Of a stretch of 64,000 bases of DNA, positions 1 through 9,855 are shown one piece after another. Made by a program: the position numbers and the translations under genes. The first letter of the stretch is position 1, and every line of letters begins with the position of its first letter. The DNA lies in NCBI GenBank assembly GCA_963815115.1, contig CAWFFN010000005.1, positions 96,001 to 160,000 on the forward strand, written 5' to 3'. Source of the stretch: an uncultured delta proteobacterium. Its GTDB lineage: Bacteria > Desulfobacterota > Binatia > DP-6. Below the pieces are notes generated by a model. The model saw only the letters and a list, made by a program, of their open reading frames with translations, did no database searches and had not been told where the DNA came from.

Positions 1-531
1 GGCGTCGTGACGCTCTCACTTCGCAACGCACTCCTGCGGCGCGGCCTGACCCCGGGAAGCTTCCACGCATTCGACCTGACCCCGGCCATGCTAGAGCGGT
101 TCCGCGAGAACCTTCATCAACGGCACATCGACGGGGTTGAGACCACGCAGGCCAATGTTCTTCAGCTCGACACGCTGCCGGACGCCTGGCGGCAGTACGA
201 CCTCATCGTGACCGCGTCGATGCTGGAGTACTTGCCCCGAGACAAGCTCGCCGATGCCTTACGTGGTCTTTGCGGGCGGCTCGGCGAGAACGGACGGCTG
301 GTGCTCTTCATCACGCGCCGGAACTGGCTGACGCGACCTCTGATCGGGCGCTGGTGGCAGTCAAACATTTACAGCGCGGAAGAGCTGCGAGTCGCCTTCC
401 GGCAGGCTGGCTTCGCGGAATGGACCTTCCGGAGCTTCCCGCCTGCGGCTCGCTATCTCGCCCTGTGGGGCTACATCATCGAGGCGGCGACGGATGCCGC
501 CGTTCCGTTGCCGATAGCCAGGAGGTCATAG
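1..531 (+). CDS. Class I SAM-dependent methyltransferase (5'-truncated by window edge)
   Basis: ORF 7..531 has FDLTPAML, YDLIVTASMLEY and GRLVLF motifs of methyltransferase_11/25. The Gly-rich motif I is absent, presumably upstream of the window. Confidence 0.75.
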   Translation, partial: GVVTLSLRNALLRRGLTPGSFHAFDLTPAMLERFRENLHQRHIDGVETTQANVLQLDTLPDAWRQYDLIVTASMLEYLPRDKLADALRGLCGRLGENGRLVLFITRRNWLTRPLIGRWWQSNIYSAEELRVAFRQAGFAEWTFRSFPPAARYLALWGYIIEAATDAAVPLPIARRS

Positions 532-705
532 TCCGTGGCCGTGACCGCCGACCGGCTTGCAGTCGCGGTCAAAGTGCACTCGAATCTCGCGCCGAGAACC
601 ACAGCGCGCGCAGACGGCGCGCTGCTTCGAGAAGGGCCGCAGCGATGCCACATCCGGGGGCCCTTCCTGCATACCGCTCTGTCTACGGCAACGCCGGACA
701 ACAAT

Positions 706-894
706 CTACGCCTCCTTCCCGCGCCGCTTCGGCCGCTCGCCACTTGCGCGCGCGAGCTTCTCCTCGATGGCCTTCGTCACGAAGTCCATCACGGATTTCT
801 CCGCTTCCACGCAGTGGAGTTTCAACTCTCGATGCAACGCCTTCGGAATCCGCGTCGCAAGCTGCACCCACACTACCTCTTCACTTCTCGCCAT
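706..894 (-). CDS. Small ribbon-helix-helix DNA-binding protein
   Basis: MARSEEVVWVQLATRIPKALHRELKLHCVEAEKSVMDFVTKAIEEKL shows a beta-strand plus two helices (Arc/ParG-like). GGAGG RBS precedes the ATG at 894. Confidence 0.7.
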   Translation of the reverse strand: MARSEEVVWVQLATRIPKALHRELKLHCVEAEKSVMDFVTKAIEEKLARASGERPKRRGKEA

Positions 895-1059
895 CCTGAG
901 ACGTCCTCCTTCCCCCCCGCCAGACACGGCTAGCCTCTCCGCCACTCGGCGTGCAAACGCTCAGATCGAGTGGCGGAAGGAATTCAGTGAATCGGCGCGG
1001 CATTTGCGAGAAGGCGGTGTGTCGCATAGGAGCGCACTCGTTAGCTGGGAGGTGAGGGG

Positions 1060-1245
1060 ATGCCTCGACGTAAGAGTCTGGCCACGGTCATCCGCGAGCT
1101 CGTGCAGCAGGAGGTGCGTCAAGCGATGGCGACTCTCTTCGGGAGCTTCGCGCCGAAGAAGCCCGCTAAGAATGGCCGCCGGCGTCGTCGCCGCGGGCCC
1201 GGACGTCCGCCGGGCTCAAAGAACAAACGTCGCAGCGTCCGATAG
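1060..1245 (+). CDS. Small basic protein with C-terminal AT-hook-like motif
   Basis: 61 aa: amphipathic N-terminal helix, then RRRRRRGPGRPPGSKNKRR. Purine-rich RBS (GGAGGTGAGGGG) upstream. Confidence 0.65.
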   Translation: MPRRKSLATVIRELVQQEVRQAMATLFGSFAPKKPAKNGRRRRRRGPGRPPGSKNKRRSVR

Positions 1246-1397
1246 CTGCTTCTGACCGCCCGCGGGTGCTAACACGCTAGACGGCGCACTGAGAGCCCCG
1301 TAGAGCCTCGCGGGGGCGCCGGGCATAGCTACCCTACGGACCGAAGTATCGGCTTTTTGGCACGCGAGCCGATCGTAATCCCTGCGCGGGGCACTTG

Positions 1398-1421
1398 CCA
1401 TATATCCATATGGGTATATGG
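1398..1421. promoter_or_regulatory. CsoR/RcnR-type operator (24-bp near-perfect palindrome)
   Basis: CCATATATCCATATGGGTATATGG, one mismatched pair, ends 8 bp before the RcnR-family start. Resembles TAC-C-tract/G-tract-GTA operators. Confidence 0.75.
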
Positions 1422-1429
1422 TGCGGGCC

Positions 1430-1703
1430 GTGGCTCACACGGTTCGTGAGAAGGACAAACTGCTGAACCGGGTTCATCCGGATTCGGGGGCAGCTCGCTG
1501 CGGTCGAGAGGGCGCTCACGGAAGAACGTGAGTGTCACGAGGTCCTGCAGACTCTCGCAGCTTGCAGAGGAGCGATATCGGCCCTGACCGCAGAGGTCAT
1601 TGAAGGGCACGTCCGAGATCACATCGCGAACCCTGATGCGACCTCGGAGAGGGCGCAGGCCGCCCGACAGCTGATCGATGTGATCAAGACGTATCTCCGG
1701 TAG
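1430..1703 (+). pseudogene. RcnR/FrmR/CsoR-family metal-sensing repressor with +1 frameshift (~1477); not in ORF track
   Basis: GTG1430 MAHTVREKDKLLNRVH, then shifted frame RIRGQLAAVERALTEERECHEVLQTLAACRGAISALTAEVIEGHVRDHI...KTYLR-TAG1703. Span is 274 bp (3n+1). Could be a sequencing indel. Confidence 0.8.
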
Positions 1704-3640
1704 GTGATGGCACAGACACCCCTGCAACACCCCGACCACGAAGCCACGCACACGCAACCTGAGCATCAAATCGAGTGGCCGGGGCTCTCGCGCATTGGCT
1801 TCGTGGCCCTCTGCGCCATCGGTAGCCTTCTGGAGCTCGGTCGCGCTTTCGGCCAGGTCGATCTCGTAGCCCTGGCGGGCGTTGTCGTCGGGGGCTACCC
1901 GATTCTCCTAGAAGCCGTCTCTGCGCTCGCGGTGCGCCGGATGACGATGGAGCTATCGATGGTCATTGCCATCGCCGCGGCGTGCGCCATCGGGGCTTTC
2001 CTCACCGCGGTCGTCATCGTGCTCTTCGTGCTCGTGGCCGAGGTGCTCGAGCACATGACAGTGAGCCGCGGCCGGCGCGCCATCGCCGAGCTCGTGAACC
2101 TTCTGCCGCAGACGGCCACGGTGCGCCGCGATGGCACGCCGCAGGAGGTGCGCGTTGCCGAGCTCCGGGTTAGCGACACTGTCGTCGTCAAACCTGGCTC
2201 ACGGCTCCCTGTCGACGGCGTCGTGCTCTCCGGCCACTCCTTCATCGACCAGTCGTCCGTCACTGGCGAATCCATGCCTGCGGAGAAGGTCCCCGGAGCC
2301 GCGTGTTTGCAGGCACGATCAACCAGTCGGGAGCGCTGGACGTCCGCGCGACCCGTATCGGGCGTGACACCGCCTTCGGCAAGATCATCGAGGCCGTCGA
2401 GCAGGCGGAACAGTCGCGAGCGCCCATAGAGAAGACAGCAGACCGGTTGGCGGCATATCTCGTCTACTTTGCACTGGCGTCAGCTGTGCTGACGTTCGTC
2501 ATCACGCACGACATCCGCTCCACCATCTCCGTCATCATCGTTGCCGGCGCGTGTGGCATCGCTGCCGGCACACCGCTGGCGATTCTCGGGGCTATCGGCC
2601 GGGCGGCACGCAAGGGCGCCATCATCAAGGGAGGGCGCTACCTGGAGGTGCTCGGCCGAGTCGATACGGTCGTCCTCGATAAGACCGGCACGCTCACGCT
2701 TGGCGCGCCGCAGGTCGTTGCCGTGCACCCCTGCGGCACGGCGAGCACTCGCATGCTCGTTGAGCAGGCCGCCATCGCGGAACGCCCATCAGAGCATCCC
2801 CTTGCCCGGGCGATTCTTGAGAAGGCGCGGGCGCTCGGAAGCGAGCTCCTCGAACCCGACGGGTTTCAAAGTACCCCCGGGGGTGGCGTCGTAGCCAAAG
2901 TCCGCGGCGTGGACATCGTCGTCGGGAGGGCCTCTTTTCTTGAGGAGCACGGCATTAACATCGGCACCCATCAACCCTCGGGCGGCCACCACTCCGAGGT
3001 CTTGGTCGCAAGCGCAGGGCAGTTTCTCGGTACCCTTGATGTTGCTGATGTGCTCCGGCCCGAGGCGACTCAGGCTGTTGCTGCGCTTCGAGCCATGGGG
3101 ATGCGGACGGTTCTACTCACTGGTGACGCGGACGGGATTGCGTGCACCGTAGGCGCGCGGCTTGGCGTCGACGAGGTGGCCGCAGAACTACTCCCCGACG
3201 AAAAGCTCGCTCGCGTGCGCACGCTCGTGCAGGAGGGGAAGACCGTCGCGATGGTCGGCGACGGCATCAACGACGCACCGGCGTTGGCGCAGGCGAGTGT
3301 GGGCATCGCCATGGGCTCCGGAACAGCGCTCGCTCGGGAAACGGCCGACGTGCTGCTCCTTGGGGACAACTTGGTCGCGCTCGTCGAAACGTTCCACATC
3401 GCTCGTCGGTGTCGTCGCATCATCATGCAGAACTTCTCGGGTACCCTTATCGTCGATGGGGCAGGTGTGCTGCTTGCGGCCTTCGGCCTGTTGAACCCAC
3501 TGTTGGCCGCCTTCATCCACGTCTCATCGGAGCTCGCCTTCATCCTGAACTCGGCGCGACTACTGCCCGCAGGACCTGCGACCGGGACGTCAATTCCTCA
3601 AGGAGTTGAGTCTTCAACGTCCATTCGGGCAGCTGCCTAG
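1704..3640 (+). pseudogene. Heavy-metal P1B-type ATPase, split by a frameshift at ~2300
   Basis: ORFs 1704..2429 (TGES) and 2303..3640 (DKTGTLT, SEHPLA, GDGINDAP) join into one ATPase. Atypical TM motifs GACGIAAGTP and HVSSE. Confidence 0.85.
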
Positions 3641-5291
3641 CCCGGATAATTCACGCCGGCCAGCGTGAGAAAGCCACCGCCCCTCTCCAAGTGTGCTAGA
3701 AACGCGCTTGTCGAGAGCAGCGTCGTGCACGCGGCGGGGAGGTGGCGGTGGCTACAGAGTGTCATACGCAATTCGGCTTCACTTTCCAACGGAAGGTGAC
3801 GGCCGCGTTCGACGGCGGCGAGATCACGAGCGACGCGGGGCTGCTGCTCGTTCGGGAGTTCGACGAACGGCTCGGCCTGACCGCAGCGCTCCGCGCGGCC
3901 GTCGCCGATCGTCGTGATCGCCGCTACGTGACCCACGACGTGCTGACCCTGCTGCGGCAGCGGGTGTACCAGATCGCCGCCGGCTACGAGGATGCCAACG
4001 ACGCCAGGTACCTGCGGCACGACCCGACCCTGCAGACCGTTGCCCAGCGCCTCGGCACCCCGCTCGCGTCGCAGCCGACCCTCTCGCGGCTCGAGAACGC
4101 GGTCGAGTGGGGCACCGTCCGGCGATTGGGCCGGGTGCTGCGCCAGTGGTTTACCCGCCACGCCGTCGCGCGCCGCGTGCCGCCGGCCGAACTCATCCTC
4201 GACATCGACTCGACCGACGATCCGACCCACGGGCAGCAGCAGCTCAGCTTCTTCAACGGACACTACGACCAGCACATGTACCATCCGCTGCTCGTCTTCG
4301 CCGACGGCTATCTCCTGGGCGCGCGGTTGCGCCCGGGCGACGTCGGCGGCGCGACCCACCTGCGCCCGCTGCTCGCGCCGATCGTGACGCACCTGCGCGC
4401 CGCGCTGCCGGCCACCGCGCTTGCCCTGCGGGCGGATGGCGGCTTCTGCAACCCGGATCTGCTCGACTACGCCGAGCACGCTGGGCTCACCTACGCCATT
4501 GGGATGCCGCCGAACCCCAAGCTGGTCGCGGCCGTCGCACTCCACCGCGTCCACGCCCAAGTGGTCTACCTGCGCACCGGGCAGCCCGTGCGGTGGTTTA
4601 CCAGCGTGCGCTACCAGACCCGGAGCTGGCGCCGGCCGCGCCGCGTGCTCGCGCTGATCGAGCACACCGCACAGGGGCCGAACGTCCGCTTCGTCGTCAC
4701 CAACCGCCGCGGGCGGGCCGCCGACCTCTTCCACTGGTACCACCAGCGCGGGCAGGCGGAAAATTTCATCAAGGAGCTCAAGCGCGATCTCGCCGCCGAT
4801 CGGCTCTCCTGCCATGCCTTCCGCGCCAACGCCGTGCGCCTCCTGCTCCATGCGCTCGCCTACGACCTGCTGCACCTCTTCCGGCTCCGTGTGCTGGCCG
4901 GCACCTCGCTCGCCACTGCGACGCTCGGCACCGTACGGCTGCGACTCCTCAAGCTCGGCGCCCGCGTCGTCCGCTCGGTGCGACGGTGGTGGTTTCATCT
5001 CGCCACCGGTTGGCCCGGGCAGCCACTCTTCCTGGCCATTCACCAGCATCTCCGCAGGCTGCGCGCCTCGCCCTGAGCGCGCCGCTCCAGGCCCCCCCAT
5101 GCGTCCTCCGTATCGCGGTCGCCGTCACCGCATCCCCGACCTGTGCCCACAATGGCGGCCACGGGCCTCGCGCTGCACGCCGCGACGTGTCTCGCACCCG
5201 GCGGCCCCTATCCCGTAGCCGGATGGGTCGCGAGCGCCGCGCCGCGCTCGTCGTCAGCCGTCCACCGCTGGCACTTCATGAATGATCCGGG
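3641..5291 (+). mobile_element. Complete IS1380-family insertion sequence
   Basis: IRL CCCGGATAATTCACG (3641); IRR reads CCCGGATCATTCATG on the minus strand (ends 5291). CTAG target duplication at 3637-3640 and 5292-5295. Confidence 0.92.
3742..5076 (+). CDS. IS1380-family DDE transposase
   Basis: FDGGEITSDAG, GYEDANDA, LASQPTLSRLEN, LDIDSTDD..HGQQQ, LRADGGF and YHQRGQAENFIKELK motifs. Confidence 0.95.
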   Translation: MAVATECHTQFGFTFQRKVTAAFDGGEITSDAGLLLVREFDERLGLTAALRAAVADRRDRRYVTHDVLTLLRQRVYQIAAGYEDANDARYLRHDPTLQTVAQRLGTPLASQPTLSRLENAVEWGTVRRLGRVLRQWFTRHAVARRVPPAELILDIDSTDDPTHGQQQLSFFNGHYDQHMYHPLLVFADGYLLGARLRPGDVGGATHLRPLLAPIVTHLRAALPATALALRADGGFCNPDLLDYAEHAGLTYAIGMPPNPKLVAAVALHRVHAQVVYLRTGQPVRWFTSVRYQTRSWRRPRRVLALIEHTAQGPNVRFVVTNRRGRAADLFHWYHQRGQAENFIKELKRDLAADRLSCHAFRANAVRLLLHALAYDLLHLFRLRVLAGTSLATATLGTVRLRLLKLGARVVRSVRRWWFHLATGWPGQPLFLAIHQHLRRLRASP

Positions 5292-5528
5292 CTAGTCGGG
5301 GCCGCGACCGAAGGTTGGTGCCAGCGGCCACGCCGGACCCTTTGACGGACCAGACGGTATCTCAGAACCGAAACGGCAGGGTAGGGGACGCTGAGGAGAA
5401 GGGCAGGGGAGCCGCCGTCCTCGGCCTGGTCGCGTCGGGTCCAGTCTCGCGTGAGACCCCGACGGCGACGGTCGAAAACGGCAGGAGTATATCCCCCTCG
5501 GAGGCTGACCGGACCGGCAAACGGAGCG

Positions 5529-6149
5529 CTACCGGGTGCGAGCGGTGGCGAGGAGGAGCCCTCGGGATGTACCAGTCTCGTTCACCAAAACGTCGTCGAA
5601 CCCGCCGTCCCGAAGAAAACGAGTGACCTCAGCATCGGTGTAGAAGCGGTAGACCGTGGAGGGGAAATCCTTGGTGCCTGCATCCGCGCTGGGTCGGAAG
5701 CACAGCGCGAGTACCCCCCCTGGCTTCAGCACCCGACGCAGTTCGGCAACGACTTCGGCCGGGCGTTCCCAGAAGTAGAGCGTGTGCACGGAGTAGACCT
5801 TGTCGAAGGACGCGCTCTCAAACGGAAGCTTCTCGGCAGTGCCGAGCCGGAGTTCCACTCGGCCCTCGCGTATGAAGCGCTCGCAGCGTCGAGTGGCCAT
5901 GCCGAGCATCTCCTCGGAGACCTCGACGCCGGCGACGCTGCAGGCCGTCACCATGCCAGCGACGCGCTCAAGTGCTCGACCTGGACCGAAGCCGACTTCG
6001 AGCACACGATCCGTTGGCTTGAGGTCGAGGCGTTCCAGGGCGGCGTCGTTTTCCGTGGTCGTCTCCGCCTCCATGATGCACCCAATGAGCCAGCCAAGCA
6101 GGCCCGTCGGACACCGGGATTGCTTCGCGATGAACTCCGGCCGCCGCAT
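5529..6149 (-). CDS. Class I SAM-dependent methyltransferase
   Basis: MRRPEFIAKQSRCPTG...VLEVGFGPG...LPFESASFDKV...RVLKPGG. Confidence 0.88.
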   Translation of the reverse strand: MRRPEFIAKQSRCPTGLLGWLIGCIMEAETTTENDAALERLDLKPTDRVLEVGFGPGRALERVAGMVTACSVAGVEVSEEMLGMATRRCERFIREGRVELRLGTAEKLPFESASFDKVYSVHTLYFWERPAEVVAELRRVLKPGGVLALCFRPSADAGTKDFPSTVYRFYTDAEVTRFLRDGGFDDVLVNETGTSRGLLLATARTR

Positions 6150-6157
6150 CGTCGTCG

Positions 6158-6352
6158 TCAGCGCCCGCAGTCTCGGACGACGGCGCGGATGCCGAGGAGG
6201 TACGTGACACACGCCCCGATGATGGTGGTCGCGAACCCCACCGTAAGCTCGTTCACGCCGGCGATGCAGCTCCGCGGGATGACGATGCCGTAGCCGATTC
6301 CCACCGTGGGTACGACGAAACCGATCAGCGGGACGAGATAGCGCAGCTTCAC
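6158..6352 (-). CDS. Small two-helix membrane protein
   Basis: GTG start overlaps the upstream stop; two hydrophobic segments; sits within the operon. Confidence 0.6.
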   Translation of the reverse strand: MKLRYLVPLIGFVVPTVGIGYGIVIPRSCIAGVNELTVGFATTIIGACVTYLLGIRAVVRDCGR

Positions 6353-8007
6353 GGCCGGCTCCCTTCCGTCGGGTGACGGCACGTCCGCTCCTCGGCGCCA
6401 ACCCGAATCCATGTCGTCGTCCGTCCCAGAAGCGGTACGCCGAAGTAGCCCCGCAGGTAGAGTCGGTCACCCTCGAGAGTCATCCGGCAGCGATACGTAC
6501 GCCCACTCGTGGGATCGTAGATCATCCCGCCTGCCCAGACGTTCTCGTCCTGCGGGGACCGCTCCAGCCCGTGGAAGATCTCGAGCCCCTCGATCGCCCG
6601 TCCCCGAAGGCCTGTGTCCGCGTTTTGCACGTCCCGCAGCGCACAGCCGTTCTCATCGAACGGGGACCGCAGCCGCTCCACCCGTCCGCATAGCGCTCTG
6701 CCGCAGGACTCGACGCGAACCGTCGCGGCGCCCCCCTCGGCATACCAGAGACCTTCCGGCGTGCCTGCTTCGGCATGCGCTGTCGCGACCATGGCGAAGA
6801 CAAGGAGGGCCGCGGCGGCTGAGCGAGCCGCGAGTCGCGGGAGCGGGCACGCCTTCGGCCGCATGCCGAAGAGAAAGCGTGCGGCAGGGAGCTCGCGCAC
6901 GATGAAGTGGTAGATCGCGAAGGTGAGAAGAACCGAGACGGTGAGAATAAGGAGGAACTTGGCCGCGACACCAAGAGGAAGACGAACCAAGAAGTACCCG
7001 GGAACGACAATCGCTGCCTGGTGGAGGATGTACACCGGGAAAGCCGCTTCACTCAGGTAGTGGAGCGTCGCGTTTCCGAAGTTGAGAAATCGCCGTCCCA
7101 GCCCCATCGCCGCAAGCACGAAGCACCAACCCGCAATCGCACTGCCAGCAAGAAGCACCGTTGGGGACTCATAGAGCCGGAGCACGCCGGCAAGGAGGAC
7201 GCCGCACGTCGCGACGCCCAGCACAAGAGCGCGTCGCCACTCACGCTGCGCGACCTCTTCGACGGCCGGGTATCGTGCAAGAACAAAGCCCGCGAAGAGA
7301 TACGTCGTGTAGTACGCGACATTTGCCCAGTCGTTGTAGAGGTTCTGGATTCCCGGCCAGTGCGGACGCAGCAAGAGCTGCACAAGCACAAGCGGAAGGA
7401 TGGGCGCGTAGACGACGAGCACCGAGACGCGTCCGAGTTCTCTCGATCGGCGAAGGAGGTAAGAGAACGCTGGCAGGTAGAGGAGTGTGAACGTGAACAG
7501 ATACGCGACGAACCAGAGGTGCGCCCACGTGAAGCGCTCGAGCGAGAAGAAAGTCGGGAGGAACTCTCTGAACGATTCGCCAAAGGGCTCCGCCACAGGA
7601 AGCCCGTCTGGGATGACGAGTCGAAAGCCATCCTGGAGTGCCGGGCTCACGCGAAGACCGGCATGGTTTAGGTCGAGCCCGCTCGAGAGCTCGAGGTACT
7701 TGATGACCGGCATGAACAGGACACAGCCGAAGAGCAGCGGCACGAGCAGGCGGAGACTTCGTTCCTTGAGCACGCCGGCACTACCCCGCCTCCGAAGGGA
7801 CTCGCAGAGCGACCATCCCGCGAGCAGGAAAAAGAGCGGCATGTGCCACAGGCTGATGAAGCCGCAGACGACAAGCCAGCCGAAGGAGAGCTCGTCGTTT
7901 CGGATGTGGTAGAAGGGCGCAGGGTTGAAGACCATGCCGACGTGGAAGACGAAGAGGAGCAGCGTTGCTCCTACGCGAAGCCAGTCGATGTCGTAGCGGC
8001 GTTCCAT
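6349..8007 (-). CDS. Acyltransferase-3 (OpgC/MdoC-like) fused to C-terminal DUF2147-like domain
   Basis: N-terminal RRYDIDWLR, WHMPLFFLLAG, HLWFVAYLF, FPVYILHQ. C-terminal GLWYAEGG...WAGGMIYDPTSGRTY...LRGYFGVPLLGRTTTWIR. Confidence 0.85.
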   Translation of the reverse strand: MERRYDIDWLRVGATLLLFVFHVGMVFNPAPFYHIRNDELSFGWLVVCGFISLWHMPLFFLLAGWSLCESLRRRGSAGVLKERSLRLLVPLLFGCVLFMPVIKYLELSSGLDLNHAGLRVSPALQDGFRLVIPDGLPVAEPFGESFREFLPTFFSLERFTWAHLWFVAYLFTFTLLYLPAFSYLLRRSRELGRVSVLVVYAPILPLVLVQLLLRPHWPGIQNLYNDWANVAYYTTYLFAGFVLARYPAVEEVAQREWRRALVLGVATCGVLLAGVLRLYESPTVLLAGSAIAGWCFVLAAMGLGRRFLNFGNATLHYLSEAAFPVYILHQAAIVVPGYFLVRLPLGVAAKFLLILTVSVLLTFAIYHFIVRELPAARFLFGMRPKACPLPRLAARSAAAALLVFAMVATAHAEAGTPEGLWYAEGGAATVRVESCGRALCGRVERLRSPFDENGCALRDVQNADTGLRGRAIEGLEIFHGLERSPQDENVWAGGMIYDPTSGRTYRCRMTLEGDRLYLRGYFGVPLLGRTTTWIRVGAEERTCRHPTEGSRP

Positions 8008-8708
8008 CAGCGTGCATCCTTTGCCAGCGCACTCACGATGAAGTGCACGGCAGTCTCCCGCGCGACCGCGTCCGTGACGGGCTGCGGTGCGGCATCCCAG
8101 TGTCGGTGGACTGCCCAGAAGACGAGCGTCTCAAGGACGAGCCGTGCAGCGACGGCCGGATCCGGCGCCGGCTTCAATCGCTTCTGACGAAAGCGGTCGG
8201 TCAGGTACTGTGTCAGGAGACCGACCAGCCCACTGCGCGCGCCTGTGAACCACAGCGCCGCGATCTCGGGCGTGTCCCGTGCCGAGCTGTCGACCAGCTT
8301 GATCCCAACGCGGTTCTCACTCAGCGTGTCGTAGAGCTGTCGGACGATGGCTTCGAGCTCCGCGCGAGGGTCCGCCGCAGGCCGGCCCTTGAGCGCCTTC
8401 AGCAACGCGGCCGGCGCCCGATTCTTCGCCAGGCGCTCGCGCACGTAGCGCAGTGTCTGCCCTGGCTTGGGCGTGGGGACCGGCAACACCGGCGGATCGG
8501 CGAACGGGGGTGGGGTGTCAGCACACCGCGCGACGAGGTCGAAGAGGGCGTCCTTGCTCTCGACGTAGAGGTAGAGGGTGCCTTTCGCGACGCCGAGCGC
8601 GGTGGCGACGTCGGCCATCTGTGTCCGCCGGTAGCCTTGCGCGATAAAAACCTGTGTCGCGCACTTGATGAGCTCCGCGATGCGGTCGGGCGGCGTCTCT
8701 CGGGCCAC
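8007..8708 (-). CDS. TetR/AcrR-family transcriptional regulator
   Basis: VFIAQGYRRTQMADVATALGVAKGTLYLYVESKDALF HTH. Confidence 0.92.
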   Translation of the reverse strand: MARETPPDRIAELIKCATQVFIAQGYRRTQMADVATALGVAKGTLYLYVESKDALFDLVARCADTPPPFADPPVLPVPTPKPGQTLRYVRERLAKNRAPAALLKALKGRPAADPRAELEAIVRQLYDTLSENRVGIKLVDSSARDTPEIAALWFTGARSGLVGLLTQYLTDRFRQKRLKPAPDPAVAARLVLETLVFWAVHRHWDAAPQPVTDAVARETAVHFIVSALAKDAR

Positions 8709-8720
8709 GGGGCATGTATA

Positions 8721-8739
8721 ACTGACCGACTTAGTCAGT
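8721..8739. promoter_or_regulatory. Putative TetR operator
   Basis: ACTGAC-N7-GTCAGT inverted repeat between the divergent tetR and desaturase genes. Confidence 0.65.
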
Positions 8740-8787
8740 CAAGAGCCTTGCCTTGCCCTCCCCCGGGGCGTTCCCTATGTCGCAGGA

Positions 8788-9566
8788 ATGAGCGACGCAC
8801 AGTTTCAGGTACTGCGCGCGGGCTCTCGTTCGCCTTCGCAGTCGGTCTCGCCCTGACGCTTCAACACCTGACGCCCCACGCGAGGTGGCGGGGCAGCGTC
8901 GGCCCCAACCTCGGGCTCTGGGCAGTGAGCGCGGTCGTCATGGGTCTTGTCTGCGGTGCCTGCGCGTGCACGGTGGCGAGGTGGGCCAGCGCCGCTGGGG
9001 TTGGCGCACTGAACGCCACGGACGCTTCCCTATGGGTCGCCATCCCGGCGACGGTCATCGCGCTCGACTTCGTCTCGTACGTCTGGCACCGGGCGAACCA
9101 CGTAGTGCCGACCCTGTGGCGCCTCCACCGGGTGCACCACTCAGACCAGACCTTTACGGTCTCTACAGCACTGCGGTTCCATCCTGGCGAGCTCGTCCTG
9201 TCGCTTCCTCTTCGGCTGCTCGCGGTCGTAGTCCTGGGGGCACCCGCGCTCGGTGTCGTCGCGTTCGAAGCCCTCTTCGCCGTCTCAAACCTCATCGAGC
9301 ATGGAGACATCGACCTGCCGCTCCAGCTCGAGAGGGCAGTGGACGGCGTACTCGTGACACCGGCACTCCACCGCTTCCATCACACCCGGGCCGGCTTGGA
9401 GCGCGACCATAACTTCGGGACGATTCTCGTGCTCTGGGACCGGCTTCTCCACACCTACCGGCCGAACTCGTCCGCGATGCGGGTCGAGGTCGGCCTTGCC
9501 GAGATTCGCGAATCTCTTGGGCTTCGCGCGGCGCTCCTGCTTCCTGTCCGTAGCCTGGGAAACTAA
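8788..9566 (+). CDS. Sterol desaturase / fatty-acid hydroxylase family protein (probable frameshift near 8820)
   Basis: His boxes YVWHRANH, WRLHRVHHSD, IEH, HRFHH and NFG. ATG8788 with AGGA RBS is out of frame with the gene body. Confidence 0.82.
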
Positions 9567-9855
9567 GCCGAGGCCGTCACTGCCAGCGGAAAGAACGCCC
9601 GGCCCGCTTTCATTTCCTCCAGGAACCACGGGGCGAAGCCGTTCTTGATCACCCACTCGAGCCGGTCGCTCCGCCACTGCACGCGGTAGGGGTCAAACGC
9701 CGAGCGCTGCTCTTCCTGGAGCCGGGTTAACGTCTCGAACACGTCCGCATTGTCCTGCACTATCGCGGGCCGTTCCTGAACCCGCCCGAGCCACGCGAGG
9801 AGTCGCCGATGACGCTCAGAATCCAGCCCAAACCCTAGGAAGCTTGCCGCCGCTA

